From assembly GCA_002269645.1 (NCBI GenBank), contig NIVC01000023.1:124001-188000 (forward strand): a stretch of DNA of 64,000 nt, read 5' to 3'. The position numbers and the translations under genes are program-made. The notes beneath the pieces were generated by a model. That model saw only the letters and a program-made list of their open reading frames with translations. It was not told the DNA's origin and did not search any database. Positions 25,201 to 37,354 of the stretch are shown piece after piece. The DNA is from Macrostomum lignano (taxonomy: Eukaryota). Position 1 is the first letter of the stretch. Each line of letters opens with the position of its first letter.

Positions 25201-26948
25201 GGAAATTTTTTCACATTTTCGTCCTTTAGGACGGCCTTGCATCCGCATAGAAAAAGCATCTTCGTCACTGAATTTGAGGTACAGGCGGTACAGAAAGGTG
25301 CAAGTTATGAAGGCCAGGATGTAGGGCACCAGCAGGCGTCTGAACAGGTTCGTCAGAGAGCTGCCCAGCTCGCTCAGGCTCAACGTTTCACTGACGGACT
25401 TGCCTGTGTGAGAGTGCGGTTTGATGGCCACAGCTTTTGTATCGTCTTGTTTGAGATCTGAACACACAGAGATACCCTAACTATAGCTATTTTTAGCAGC
25501 TAATTCATTCTCACTGAATTGTCGGATTTACCAGCACCGGGATTTCCCCTGATAGCTATTTTTAGCATCCAGGTATTTACCACTTTCTTCTCGACGATTT
25601 CAATGCGGTTGGGATTCCCTAATTATAGCTATTTTTAGCAGCTAGTTCATTCTCACTGAATTGTCGGATTTACCAGCACCGGGATTTCCGATGATAGCTA
25701 TTTTTAGTACCCAAGATATTTACCACCGTCTTTACGACGATTTCAATGCGATTAGGATTCCCTGGCAATTTGCAATTATAGCTATTTTTAGCAGCTAATT
25801 CGTTCTCACTAAATTGTCGGATTTACTACCACGGGGATTCCCATGATAACTATTTTTAGCATCCAGGTATTTACCACTGTCTTCTCTCGAAGATTTCAAT
25901 ACGATTTGGATTCCCTAATTATATTCGTAGGCGGTCGTAGCTATTTTTAGCAGCTAGCTCAGTGGCCCTGAATCGGTTGTGCCTTAAAGTGCGCCAGGGT
26001 GCACACTGCCCCCTGCTTATGATAAACCCCCTTACTGCAACATTCATAGATATTTTTCGGTGCGAAACATCACAGTTACACCCTGGATAAACCAATTTAC
26101 TGACAAATTACCCTGACATTGTGGCGTTTCCAGCTAACAGATGCAATAGAGAAATCAGTGCTTCGGTGCCACCTGTTAATTCGTCAATGCAGGTGTATCT
26201 GAAAATTAAAGCTATTATCAAAAAATTTCTAAGCCCCCCTCGACCAGCTAGTAATTACCTGTGGCGTCAGCATGCAGACAGCATTTTGCTTTCGCGCAAC
26301 TTCAATTAGCAAATGCGTCAACGAAACAAAACTTTTTGAATGCATATCTGTTGCCAACATAAATAACTAATCATTGATCTTAAGATGAAAAATAATTGGC
26401 TCATAATTTTGAGTTCAAAGAACTGATTAATTTGAAAAGCCAGGAAGAGACTGCTATTTTTTTTATTAGAGGCAGGGGTGGTGTGCATCCTGGCGGACTT
26501 TAATCGACATTGTCACAACCGGCGAGAGGCATTACTGCCCATTCCGCCGACTCCCCTGAGCAGGCACACAAGCGCGCGGATGCGTACGCAGTCACACGCA
26601 CATGCACACACTCACACAGGAGTGTACAGCGGGCTGTTAATTTCGTGTCTTCTTCCCCTAGAAGAAGAGTTGTCCGATTTTTATTCAGGGAACGACTGAA
26701 CTTCCGGTAAATATATCTAGGAATTGACTCAAGGGAACAGCGCTACATCCGGTTCAGCAGAAGGCCGAACTCTCACCTTCGTCGGCAGACCGGAAAGCCT
26801 CCTTAGGCATTCGAGTGAGCGGATGGCCGATTAAGAGCGCCTCCATGGTGCGGCTGGAGAGGTGCGCAGGCCGAGTCTTTGGGTGTCTGACAAAGTTCTC
26901 CAGCTCCTCGGCTCTGAAACTCGCCAGTCGAACAGTCTGGGCATCCAT
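19284..26948 (-). CDS. Orphan multi-pass membrane protein, 731 aa; exons 26948-26777, 25457-24999, 24312-24136, 23179-22996, 22057-21872, 21579-21347, 20728-20473, 19812-19284
   Basis: Eight AG/GT-bounded open exons join with matching phases (1,1,1,2,2,1,2) into a 2196-nt stop-free ORF with about 10-13 hydrophobic segments. Exons 1-4 are conserved in frame in the duplicate copy. No family recognised. Confidence 0.8.
19820..20340. repeat. 18-bp minisatellite (GTCGTTGCTAAGTAACCT / ...ACTC) in intron 7 of the membrane-protein gene
   Basis: 22 exact copies of GTTGCTAAGTAAC, 20 of them at an 18-bp period from 19824 to 20166, plus degenerate units. Confidence 0.97.
20790..21290. repeat. Degenerate GGGGAATCCC-based short-period repeat in intron 6
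   Basis: Dozens of (G)GGAATCC(C) units with variable spacers. Confidence 0.9.
21620..21790 (-). mobile_element. Divergent fragment related to the tRNA-SINE body
   Basis: The minus strand AGTGTACAT..CCT...AAAGT..GG..GCTGTACAC..TGTG...CTGCGTA...GCTCAGGGAGTC aligns by eye to the SINE at 41120-41240. Confidence 0.55.
22115..22980. repeat. 31-35-bp minisatellite (AATCAACAGGTATCACTCACTAGTGCACTCT) in intron 4; contains the proximal duplication breakpoint
   Basis: About 27 copies with nested palindromes CACTAGTG and AGTGCACT; the same array restarts at 30131. Confidence 0.97.
23228..24120. repeat. 19-bp minisatellite (AAACAGACTGGCAGATTGG) in intron 3, copy A
   Basis: About 47 units; source of the 200-356-aa spurious ORFs. 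Confidence 0.98.
24412..24950. repeat. 29-bp minisatellite (ATAAAGAATGGCGCCACCTGAAGGACTCA) in intron 2, copy A
   Basis: About 18 units. Confidence 0.98.
25483..25960. repeat. About 150-bp dimeric tandem repeat (subunits start ATAGCTATTTTTAG) in intron 1, copy A
   Basis: Units start at 25483, 25625, 25778 and 25937 (periods 142-159); shorter version at about 33855-34185 in copy B. Confidence 0.85.
26455..26640 (-). mobile_element. 3' half of the tRNA-SINE (copy A); paralogous copy at about 34548-34730
   Basis: Reverse complement of the SINE 3' body with an A-rich tail (TTTTTTTATTAGAGGCAGGGG). Confidence 0.85.
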
Positions 26949-27619
26949 TATTTCGATTTGTTGAAAGTTTCAATTTTTTTATATATAGTAAATATACAAG
27001 CCAGTTTTTAATATGGGATGAATTCGTTATATAAGCTTAGTCGTGCTGTGCTGTAAATGATTTTTGCTAACATCAATGTCTATGGCCGAAACCTCTGTTA
27101 TTTAAACCTCACTGGCCAGGTGGTTTGTCGTGAGTCATTGATCAATGAACTGGCTTTCTAACTTTCATTCTTCCCTGTCTCAGTTTGAAAACCTCGTAAA
27201 AATAGTTTGGCTTTCATTTAGTATTGATAATTTTTAGAGCTTCCAGGACAGCGCTGTAATCACGTTGAACGATAACGAACATATCTATTGTACTCATAGA
27301 TCGATAGAGACAAACAGGCTTTATTACGAGATATTGCTTTTAATTTCGTGTATATTGTATAAGTCGATATTGCCAACTGATAATTTCTGTTTGAGTCAAA
27401 TAAAAGTGCAAAGGCTGGTATACACGAGGCAAAAAATATAAAAAAGTAGTATAAAAAAAAGATTAAATTGTTGTTTGTTTGTACGAGCGTATTCTATCAT
27501 ATGAATTTATTACATTCGCAATAATTACCCTATTTATCATCGGACACATGTTCGTAAAGATCTACTCGTATGTAGCTTTACACACTAGGGTTACTCTGAC
27601 TAAGCGGGGCCAACATAGT

Positions 27620-27950
27620 AAATCCCTGTCAGTGGAATCCCACTCAGTGAAATCCCCTTCCCGGAAAACCCCCTCAGTAAAATCCCCTTTTTGTGGAATC
27701 CCCCTTGATAGAATCCCCCTCAGTGGAATCCACTTCAGTGGAATCCCCTTCAGGGAAATCCCACTTTTAGTGGAACCTCCCTCTTTGGAAACCCCTCTTT
27801 GTGTAACCCCCCTCAATGGAATCGAATCCCCCTCAATGGAATCCCCTTAGGGAAATCACCTCCAGTGGAATCCCTCTCAGGGAAATCCTCCTCTTAGCGG
27901 AATCCCTCTCACTGGAATCCCCCTCGGTGGAGTCCCCTCAGTGGAACCCA
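27620..27950. repeat. GTGGAATCCCC-based short-period repeat downstream of MEIG1 (copy A; paralogue about 36440-36770)
   Basis: Many GGAATCCC units; same core as 20790-21290. Confidence 0.88.
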
Positions 27951-28256
27951 AGTAAGCTTTACAACTAGTTTACTAAGTTGCAACTACAACTAATTCAAGC
28001 TCCTGTGATTTCGTTTTTGGAGGAGCAACCCCCAACTGCCCTACACTACAGTGCACTGTTCTGCAGACATGTGTATAATGTGTAATGCTTACCAACTATG
28101 GCAAAATAAGTACGGTCCAGAAAAAATAGATATTATAGTTTGTAGTAAAGACAAAACATTGTGCAGTAAAAATCTAAGAAAATTAGAAAATAGAAGAAAA
28201 GTCACACTGAAAATTCGGCAGTTCACCTTTCACGTTCATTTCACATTTAATCAGCT

Positions 28257-28529
28257 TTAGTGGTACAGCTTGCACTGTTGAACTTCTTTGTCAGCGCATT
28301 CTCGAACTTTGTTAAAATAATAGAAACTCCCGTCGCGTCGTTCGAGCTTTTTAATAAAACCGGAGCCGTTCCAGCGTTCTGGATCGCTTCCACGCACAGA
28401 CCGGTACTCCTGGGCGTCCCGGTAGCCGGCCAGCTGGAACCGGTAGGCGTCCTCCACCTGTTCGCTCCAGGCCTTCGGTCGGACACAGGTGGCAGCTGTT
28501 GCTGCTCCATCGGCGGCTGCGGCAGCCAT
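28257..28529 (-). CDS. MEIG1: Meiosis/spermiogenesis-associated protein 1, copy A, 90 aa, intronless CDS
   Basis: [26 protein letters not shown]...[35 protein letters not shown] matches MEIG1 family motifs (KKWSEEIENLYRFQQAGYRD...[21 protein letters not shown]). A splice acceptor TTTCAG lies 7 nt before the ATG. Confidence 0.95.
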   Translation of the reverse strand: MAAAAADGAATAATCVRPKAWSEQVEDAYRFQLAGYRDAQEYRSVRGSDPERWNGSGFIKKLERRDGSFYYFNKVRECADKEVQQCKLYH

Positions 28530-30715
28530 ATTTAAGCTGAAAAATTATTTGCATTATTAAAGTCTTTTAAAGTTTTGTACATAAGACAGGTATTTATAGT
28601 ACAAAAAAAAACATTAAAATAAAAAATTGCAATTTGAAAAAACTTTGTTTCTTACACATAAGGCAGCTAAAATTACTTTTAATTAATTGGAAAGACATTT
28701 AGAAATTTATCTAATAGCTAAGATACTATTTTTGGTTTTATTACTGTGTCGACAGTGCGTAATAAAATAAACATTAAATAATGTTCCGCAAGAAGATATT
28801 GCAGTAATCTATACGTAGCTCGTACATACAGTAGTCACGTAGTTACTACTACGAGCGCACATTATGATTCAAAGATGCTGCTAAAACTAAAAACAATGAA
28901 ACTCATTTTATAGTTTATCCAAGTTTATTTTAATCGGGATAGATCAAATTTATCATCTGAGTTAACTGATGCTTGTTATTGTTATCGCACAGTCGAAAAT
29001 CCAAGATGCAACACGCAACTGATGCCAGTTAATAAATAATGCTAACACTTGTATGGGGTCGACCGGTCGAGGAATAAAAATTTCAGTATACTTTACCCAG
29101 TAGTATTCAGTCAAAAAGAATTTATAACAACAACGAGAAACAACAATAAGCTTCTTACTGACTACATACTTTGTAAACAATGCCCCCGACATCTAACTGT
29201 ATAACTGTATTGGTATTGATAGATTTTTCCAGAAGAAAATCATTCTGTCGAATGCCTGAGACGTGAAAATTCACTATTCTTACCCAAAAAGAATATTTTT
29301 AAATCTTTTTTTTGAATGAAAAATAAAAATAGAGATAAATGACACGTTGTTGACTGGGATTAGGCTGCACGGTTATATTAATTAAGAATAGGTTATTATA
29401 TAAAGTGAAAGAAAATTTTTATGTCAAAAGTATGCACAGAAACTATTATGTATTACCTATCAAGGATAGTATAAGGAAATAAAAAATAATAAACATGTTT
29501 TTAAATAAAAAAAAATTTTTTTCCTAAAAAGCAATTAAATTGTAGGTATGACGTTTTTAAATTTGTTAAGATGTACAATTTATACGTTTTTTCAAAAGTA
29601 ACACATGTTCCAAGAAAAGAGGCGGAACAGAATTTAAACTAGTGGTAGTGTAGTGTGTCATGGCTAGCTGCTAGCATATAAAAGATGTTAAAGCGGAATC
29701 ACTATGGGCACGAGATTTAAATATATTGATAGTCAATATATATGCTATTTAGCCTATATTGTTCTCTTATCAAAGATTAACTACGAATTCTTATCGTTGT
29801 TTTTACTGTACAGTTTTACTGTGTACAGTACAATAGTACTGTTCTGTCTGTTCAGTACACTATAGTATACTGTACTGTAAAAATGACTGGCTAGGTAGAC
29901 CCTTGCCACTAGCATCATACACGCGTCTAAAAGTTGAGGTCAAGCATAAAAGATTAACTAGCAAATATTTTCGTACAGTGTAACCATCACCATGCCATGG
30001 ATCCTCCCTCACGGCCTCACCCAGTGGGCCAGTGCCCATATACCAAGCCAAAGTATCTAGTCAATCTGGCAACAGGACGATCCAGTAACAGACGATTTGG
30101 CAACAGTCAAAACGGCGACAGTCAATCTGGTGCTCTCTAATCAACAGGCATCACTCACTAGTGCACTCTAATCAACAGGTATCACTCACTAGTGCTCTCT
30201 AATCAACAGGCATCACTCACTAGTGCTCTCTAATCAACAGGCATCACTCACTAGTGCACTCTAATCAACAGGTATCACTACTCACTAGTGCACTCTAATC
30301 AACAGGTATCACTACTCACTAGTGCACTCTAATCAACAGGTATCACTCACTAGTGCACTCTAAAATCAACAGGTATCACTACTCACTAGTGCACTCTAAT
30401 CAACAGGCATCACTCACTAGTGCTCTCTAATCAACAGGTATCACTCACTAGTGCACTCTAAAATCAACAGGTATCATTCACTAGTGCACTCTAAAATCAA
30501 CAGGTATCACTCACTAGTGCAATCTAAAATCAACAGGTATCATTCACTAGTGCACTCTAAAATCAACAGGTATCACTCACTAGTGCACTCTAAAATCAAC
30601 AGGTATCACTCACTAGTGCATTCTAATCAACAGGTATCACTCACTAGTGCACTCTAATCAACAGGTATCACTCACTAGTGCACTCTAAAATCAACAGGTA
30701 ATCAAGTGTTTATAC

Positions 30716-33700
30716 CTGATAGCCTGAAAGAAAAATATTGGCATTTGCCACGCTGTCAAAATCAAATCGTGGATGTTGAGAATTTTATTAATAAACAGTA
30801 GAGACACCGCCAGGCACATCAGGTGGAAGGCCTTGAACCAGAGAACAGATTTTAAACTGGTTGACAGGACGCAGCTTAATAGAAATACGTGTAGAAATGC
30901 TGAAAAAACGTTTTAAGAATTTAAATTTGACTTTGATAAGATAATACGGAAACAGACTGGCAAATTGAAAACAGACTGGCAAATTGAAAACAGACTGGCA
31001 AATTGGAAACAGACTGGCAAATTGAAAACAGACTGGCAGATTGGAAACGGACTGGCAGATTGGAAGCGGACTGGCAGATTGGAAGCGGACTGGCAGATTG
31101 GAAACAGACTGGCAAATTGAAAACAGACTGGCAGATTGGAAACGGACTGGCAGATTGGAAGCGGACTGGCAGATTGGAAGCGGACTGGTAGATTGGAAAC
31201 AGACTGGCAAATTGAAAACAGACTGGCAGATTGGAAGCGGACTGGCAGATTGGAAGCGGACTGGCAGATTGGAAACAGACTGGCAAATTGAAAACAGACT
31301 GGCAGATTGGAAACGGACTGGCAGATTGGAAGCGGACTGGCAGATTGGAAGCGGACTGGTAGATTGGAAACAGACTGGCAAATTGAAAACAGACTGGCAG
31401 ATTGGAAGCGGACTGGCAGATTGGAAGCGGACTGGCAGATTGGAAGCGGACTGGTAGATTGGAAACAGACTGGCAGACTGGAAGCGGACTGGCAGATTGG
31501 AAGCAGACTGGCAGATTGGCTAATTGTCTCACCAATAAGAAGCTGCCATCGAATCAGCAGTTGTTCCATTCTGGTGTCCACCATGACGCAGATGATGCAG
31601 AGCAGGATCGGGACGCAGTTGCAGACGAGCATGAGCAGACGGCTGCGCAGAAACGACTCAAACAGATAGCAGATGTGGTAGCTTATTGACTTTGGCCTGT
31701 TCTTGATGGCTGGTGTAATTAATAATCACAAATTTAGTAACTAGAACAAGCAAGCAAGCAAGCATACAAATATTAGAGATTTAGTATATTTACATTGTCT
31801 TACTAAACTAAAACAATATTAGTTAACAGGGTCACGTTAATGGCGCAGTAAGATGTTATGGCGCCACCTGAAGGACACAATAAAGAATGGCGCCACCTGA
31901 AGGACACAATAAAGAATGGCGCCATCTGAAGGACTTAATAAAGAATGGCGCCACCTGAAGGATTCAATAAAGAATGGCGCCACCTGAAGGACACAATAAA
32001 GAATGGCGCCATCTGAAGGATTCAATAAAGAATGGCGTCATCTGAAGGACTCAATAAAGAATGGCGCCACCTGAAGAAAACAATAAAGAATGGCGCCACC
32101 TGAAGGACTCAATAAAGAATGGCGCCACCTGAAGGTTTCAATAAAGAATGGCGCCACCTGAAGGATTCAATAAAGAATGGCGCCACCTGAAGGACTCAAT
32201 AAAGAATGGCGCCACCTGAAGGACTCAATAAAGAATGGCGCCACCTGAAGGTTTCAATAAAGAATGGCGCCACCTGAAGGACTCAATAAAGAATGGCGCC
32301 ACCTAAAGGACTCAATAAAGAATGGCGCCACCTGAAGGACACAATAAAGAATGGCGCCACCTAAAGGTTTCGATAAAGAATGGCGCCACCTGAAGGACAC
32401 AATAAAGAATGGCGCCACCTGAAGGACCCAATAAATAATGGCGCCACCTGAAGGATTCAATAAAGAATGGCGCCACCTGAAGGAGTCAATAAAGAATGGC
32501 GCCACCTGAAGGATTCAATAAAGAATGGCGCCACCTGAAGGACTCAATAAAGAATGGCGCCACCTGAAGGTTTCAATAAAGAATGGCGCCACCTGAAGGA
32601 CCCAATAAATAATGGCGCCACCTGAAGGATTCAATAAAGAATGGCGCCACCTGAAGGAGTCAATAAAGAATGGCGCCACCTGAAGGATTCAATAAAGAAT
32701 GGCGCCACCTGAAGGACTCAATAAATAATGGCGCCACCTGAAGGTTTCAATAAAGAATGGCGCCACCTGAAGGTTTCAATAAAGAATGGCGCCACCTAAA
32801 GGACTCAATAAAGAATGGCGCCACCTAAAGGACTCAATAAAAAATGGCGCCACCTAAAGGACTCAATAAAGAATGGCGCCACCTGAAGGTTTCAATAAAG
32901 AATGGCGCCACCTGAAGGACTCAATAAAGAATGGCGCCACCTGAAGGACTCAATAAAGAATGGCGCCACCTAAAGGACTCAATAAAGAATGGCGCCACCT
33001 GAAGGACACAATAAAGAATGGCGCCACCTGAAGGACACAATAAAGAATGGCGCCACCTGAAGGACTCAATAAAGAATGGCGCCACCTGAAGGACTCAATA
33101 AAGAATGGCGCCACCTGAAGGACACAATAAAGAATGGCGCCACCTGAAGGACACAATAAAGAATGGCGCCACCTAAAGGACTCAATAAAGAATGGCGCCG
33201 CCTGAAGGACTCAATAAAAAATGGCGCCACCTGAAGGACTCAATAAAGAATGGCGCCGCCTGAAGGACTCAATAAAGAATGGCGCCACCTGAAGGATTCA
33301 ATAAAGAATGGCGCCACCTGGAGGGCGTTGATTTTCAAAGAATACAAAATTTTGAGTACGTCAGCTCACAATTGGGATCCGTGGTTTGCAGCAGACCATA
33401 CAAATGCCTAATCCGGCTCATGATATGACACGTTGCCATGGTGATAGTTCGAAGCGCAATAAAGTCGGTGAACCGAACAGCTAATTTTCGAATCGAGCTG
33501 GCGAGCGCAGTCAAAAACAAGCAGGTAAAACCAAGGATCCCGTAGCAAATGATTTTATGCGGATAAATGGGGGGAATTTTTTCACATTTTCGTCCTTTAG
33601 GCACCGGACCGCCTCGCATCCGCATAGACAAAGCATCTTCGTCACTGAATTTGAGGTACAGGCGGTACAGAAAGGTGCAAGTTATGAATGCCAGGATGTA

Positions 33701-35793
33701 GGGCACCAGCAGGCGTCTGAACAGGTTCATCAGAGAGCTGCCCAGCTCGCTCAGGCTCAACGTTTCACTGACGGACTTGCCTGTGTGAGAGTGTGGTTTG
33801 ATGGCCACAGCTTTTGCACCGTCTTGTTTGAGATCTGAACATACAGAGATACCCTAACTATATCTATTTTTAGCAGCTAGTTTATTCTCACGAAATTGTC
33901 GGATTTACCAGCACCCGGGATTTCCCATGATAGCTATTTTTAGTACCCAAGATATTTACCACCGTCTTTACGACGAGTTCAATGCGATTAGGATTCCCTA
34001 GCAATTAGCAATTATAGCTATTTTAGCAGCTAATTCATTCTCACTAAATTGTCGGATTTACCACCACGGGGATTCCCATGATAACTATTTTTAGCATCCA
34101 GGTATTTACCACTGTCTTCTCTCGAAGATTTCAATACGATTTGGATTCCCTAATTATACCCGTAGCTATTTTTAGCAGCTAGCTCAGTGGCCCTGAATCG
34201 GTTGTGCGACAATGTCGCTTAAAGTGCTCCAGGACCCCCTTACTGCAACATTCATAGATATTTTTGGGAGCGAAACGTCACAGTAACACCCTGGACAAAC
34301 CAATTTACTGACAAATTACTAGGAATTACTACTAAATTAGCTAGGAATTACCTGTGGCGTCAGCATGCAGACAGAATTTTGCTTTCGCGTAACTTTAATT
34401 AGCAAATGCGTCAACGAAACTAAACTTTTTGAATGCATATCTGTTGCCAATTCATACATAACTAATCATTGATCTTAGGATGAAAAATAAGGCTCATAAT
34501 TTTGAGTTCAAAGAACTGATTAATTTGAAATGCCAGGAAGAGACTGCTATTTTTTATTAGAGGCAGGGGCCGTTGTGTGCACCCTGGCGCACTTTAAGCG
34601 ATATTGTCACAACCGGCAAGAGGCATTGCTGTCCATTCTGCAGACTCCCCTGAGCAGGCACACAAGCGCGCGGATACGTACGCAGTTATACGCACAGGCA
34701 CACACTCACACAGGAGTGTACAGCGGCTGCCGTTCCCCTAGGAGAATAGTTGTCCGATTTTTATTCAGGGAACGACTGAACTTCCGGTAAATATATCTAG
34801 GAATGGACTCAAGGGAACGACTGAACTTCCGGTAAATATATCTAGGAATGGACTCAAGGGAACGACTGAACTTCCGGTAAATATTTCTAGGAATGGACTC
34901 AAGGGAACGACTGAACTTCCGGTAAATATTTCTAGGAATGGACTCAAGGGAACGACTGAACTTCCGGTAAATATTTCTAGGAATGGACTCAAGGGAACGA
35001 CTGAACTTCCGGTAAATATTTCTAGGAATGGACTCAAGGGAACGACTGAACTTCCGGTAAATATTTCTAGGAATGGACTCAAGGGAACGACTGAACTTCC
35101 GGTAAATATATCTAGGAATGGACTCAAGGGAACGACTGAACTTCCGGTAAATATATCTAGGAATGGACTCAAGGGAACGACTGAACTTCCGGTAAATATT
35201 TCTAGGAATGGACTCAAGGGAACGACTGAACTTCCGGTAAATATTTCTAGGAATGGACTCAAGGGAACGACTGAACTTCCGGTAAATATTTCTAGGAATG
35301 GACTCAAGGGAACGACTGAACTTCCGGTAAATATTTCTAGGAATGGACTCAAGGGAACGACTGAACTTCCGGTAAATATTTCTAGGAATGGACTCAAGGG
35401 AACGACTGAACTTCCGGTAAATATATCTAGGAATGGACTCAAGGGAACGACTGAACTTCCGGTAAATATTTCTAGGAATGGACTCAAGGGAACGACTGAA
35501 CTTCCGGTAAATATTTCTAGGAATGGACTCAAGGGAACGACTGAACTTCCGGTAAATATATCTAGGAATGGACTCAAGGGAACAGCGCTACATCCGGTTC
35601 AGCAGAAGGCCGAACTCTCACCTTCGTCGGCAGACCGGAAAGCCTCCTTAGGCATTCGAGCGAGCGGATGGCCGATTAAGAGCGCCTCCATGGTGCGGCT
35701 GGAGAGGTGCGCAGGCCGAGTCTTTGGGTGTCTGACATAGTTTTCCAGCTCCTTGGCTCTGAAACTCGCCAGTCGAACAGTCTGGGCATCCAT
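30716..35793 (-). CDS. Duplicate exons 1-4 of the orphan membrane-protein gene (35793-35622, 33834-33370, 31709-31533, 30899-30716); no private 3' exons
   Basis: All four exons are open with intact AG/GT sites and the same phases as copy A; one in-frame 6-nt insertion in exon 2. Confidence 0.75.
30948..31520. repeat. 19-bp minisatellite, copy B
   Basis: About 30 units, enriched for the AAGCGGACTGG variant that is absent from copy A. Confidence 0.97.
31855..33320. repeat. 29-bp minisatellite, copy B (expanded)
   Basis: About 50 units versus about 18 in copy A. Confidence 0.98.
34771..35580. repeat. 45-bp minisatellite, 18 copies, present only in copy B
   Basis: Unit AACGACTGAACTTCCGGTAAATATTTCTAGGAATGGACTCAAGGG; 810 bp = 18 x 45. 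A single monomer is at 26691-26735 in copy A. Confidence 0.98.
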
Positions 35794-37081
35794 TATTTCG
35801 ATTTGTTGAAAGTTTCAATTTTTTATATAGTAAATATACAAGCCAGTTTTTAATATGGGATGAATCCGTTAAATAAGCTTAGTCGTGCTGTAAATGATTT
35901 TTTGCTAACATCAATGTCTATGGCCGAAACCTCTGTTATTTAAACCACACTGGCCAGGTAGTTTGTCGTGAGTCATTGATCAATGAGCTTTCTAACTTTC
36001 ATTCTTCGCTGTCTCAGTTTGAAAACCTCGTAAAAATTGTTTGGCTTTCATTTAGTATTGATAATTTTTAGAGCTTCCAGGACAGCGCTGTAATCACGTT
36101 GAACGATAACGAACATATCTATTGTACTCATAGATCGATAGAGACAAAAAGGCTTTATTACGAGATATCGCTTTTAAGTACGTGTTTATTGTATAAGTCG
36201 ATCGATATTGCCAACTGATTATTTCTGTCTGAGTCAAATAAAAGTGCAAAAGCTGGTATGGTATAGACGAGGCAAAAAATATGTTACGAGCTAAGTATAA
36301 AAAAGAATAATATATTACATTGTTGTTTGTTTGTACTATGAGCGTATTATGTCATATGAGCTCATTACATTCGCAATAATTACCCTATGTTCGTAAAGAT
36401 CTACTCGTATGTAGCTTTACACACTAGGGTTACTCTGACTACGCGGGGCCAACATAGTAAATCCCTGTCAGTGGAATCCCACTCAGTGGAATCCCCTTCC
36501 GGGAAAACCCCCTCAGTAAAATCCTCTCTTTGTGGAATCCCCCTTGATAGAATCCCCCTCAGTGGAATCCCCTTCAGGGAAATCCCACTTTTTGTGGAAC
36601 CTCCCTCTTTGGAAACCCCTCTTTGTGTAACCCCCCTCAATGGAATCGAATCCCCCTCAATGGAATCCCCTTAGGGAAATCACCTCCAGTGGAATCCCTC
36701 TCAGGGAAATCCTCCTCTTAGCGGAATCCCTCTCACTGGAATCCCCCTCGGTGGAGTCCCCTCAGTGGAACCCAAGTAAGCTTTACAACTAGTTTACTAA
36801 GTTGCAACTACAACTAATTCAAGCTCCTGTGATTTCGTTTTTGGAGGAGCAACCCCCAACTGCCCTACACTACAGTGCACTGTTCTGCAGACATGTGTAT
36901 ATGGATAATGCTTACCAACTATGGCAAATAAGTATGGTCCAGAAAAAATAGATATTATATAGTTTGTAGTAAAGACAAAACATTGTGCTGTAAAAATCTA
37001 AGAAAATTTAGAAAATAGAAGAAAAGTCTCACTAAAAATTCGGCAGTTCACCTTTCACGTTCATTTCACATTTAATCAGCT

Positions 37082-37354
37082 TTAGTGGTACAGCTTGCAC
37101 TGTTGAACTTCTTTGTCAGCGCATTCTCGAACTTTGTTAAAATAATAGAAACTCCCGTCGCGTCGTTCGAGCTTTTTAATAAAACCGGAGCCGTTCCAGC
37201 GTTCTGGATCGCTTCCACGCACAGACCGGTACTCCTGGGCGTCCCGGTAGCCGGCCAACTGGAACCGGTAGGCGTCCTCCACCTGTTCGCTCCAGGCCTT
37301 CGGTCGGACACAGGTGGCAGCTGTTGCTGCTCCATCGGCGGCTGCGGCGGCCAT
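37082..37354 (-). CDS. MEIG1: Meiosis/spermiogenesis-associated protein 1, copy B, 90 aa
   Basis: Protein identical to copy A; two synonymous differences (CTG/TTG and GCT/GCC). Confidence 0.95.
   Translation of the reverse strand: MAAAAADGAATAATCVRPKAWSEQVEDAYRFQLAGYRDAQEYRSVRGSDPERWNGSGFIKKLERRDGSFYYFNKVRECADKEVQQCKLYH

Noticed and set aside
28247-28554. Overlapping ORFs around MEIG1 (also 37072-37379)
   Set aside because: Alternative-frame and antisense shadows of the real MEIG1 CDS.
34765-35577. 270-aa ORF from the 45-bp array as a coding extension
   Set aside because: Exon 1 read-through hits TGA at 35599 before the array, and no start or in-phase splice site links it.
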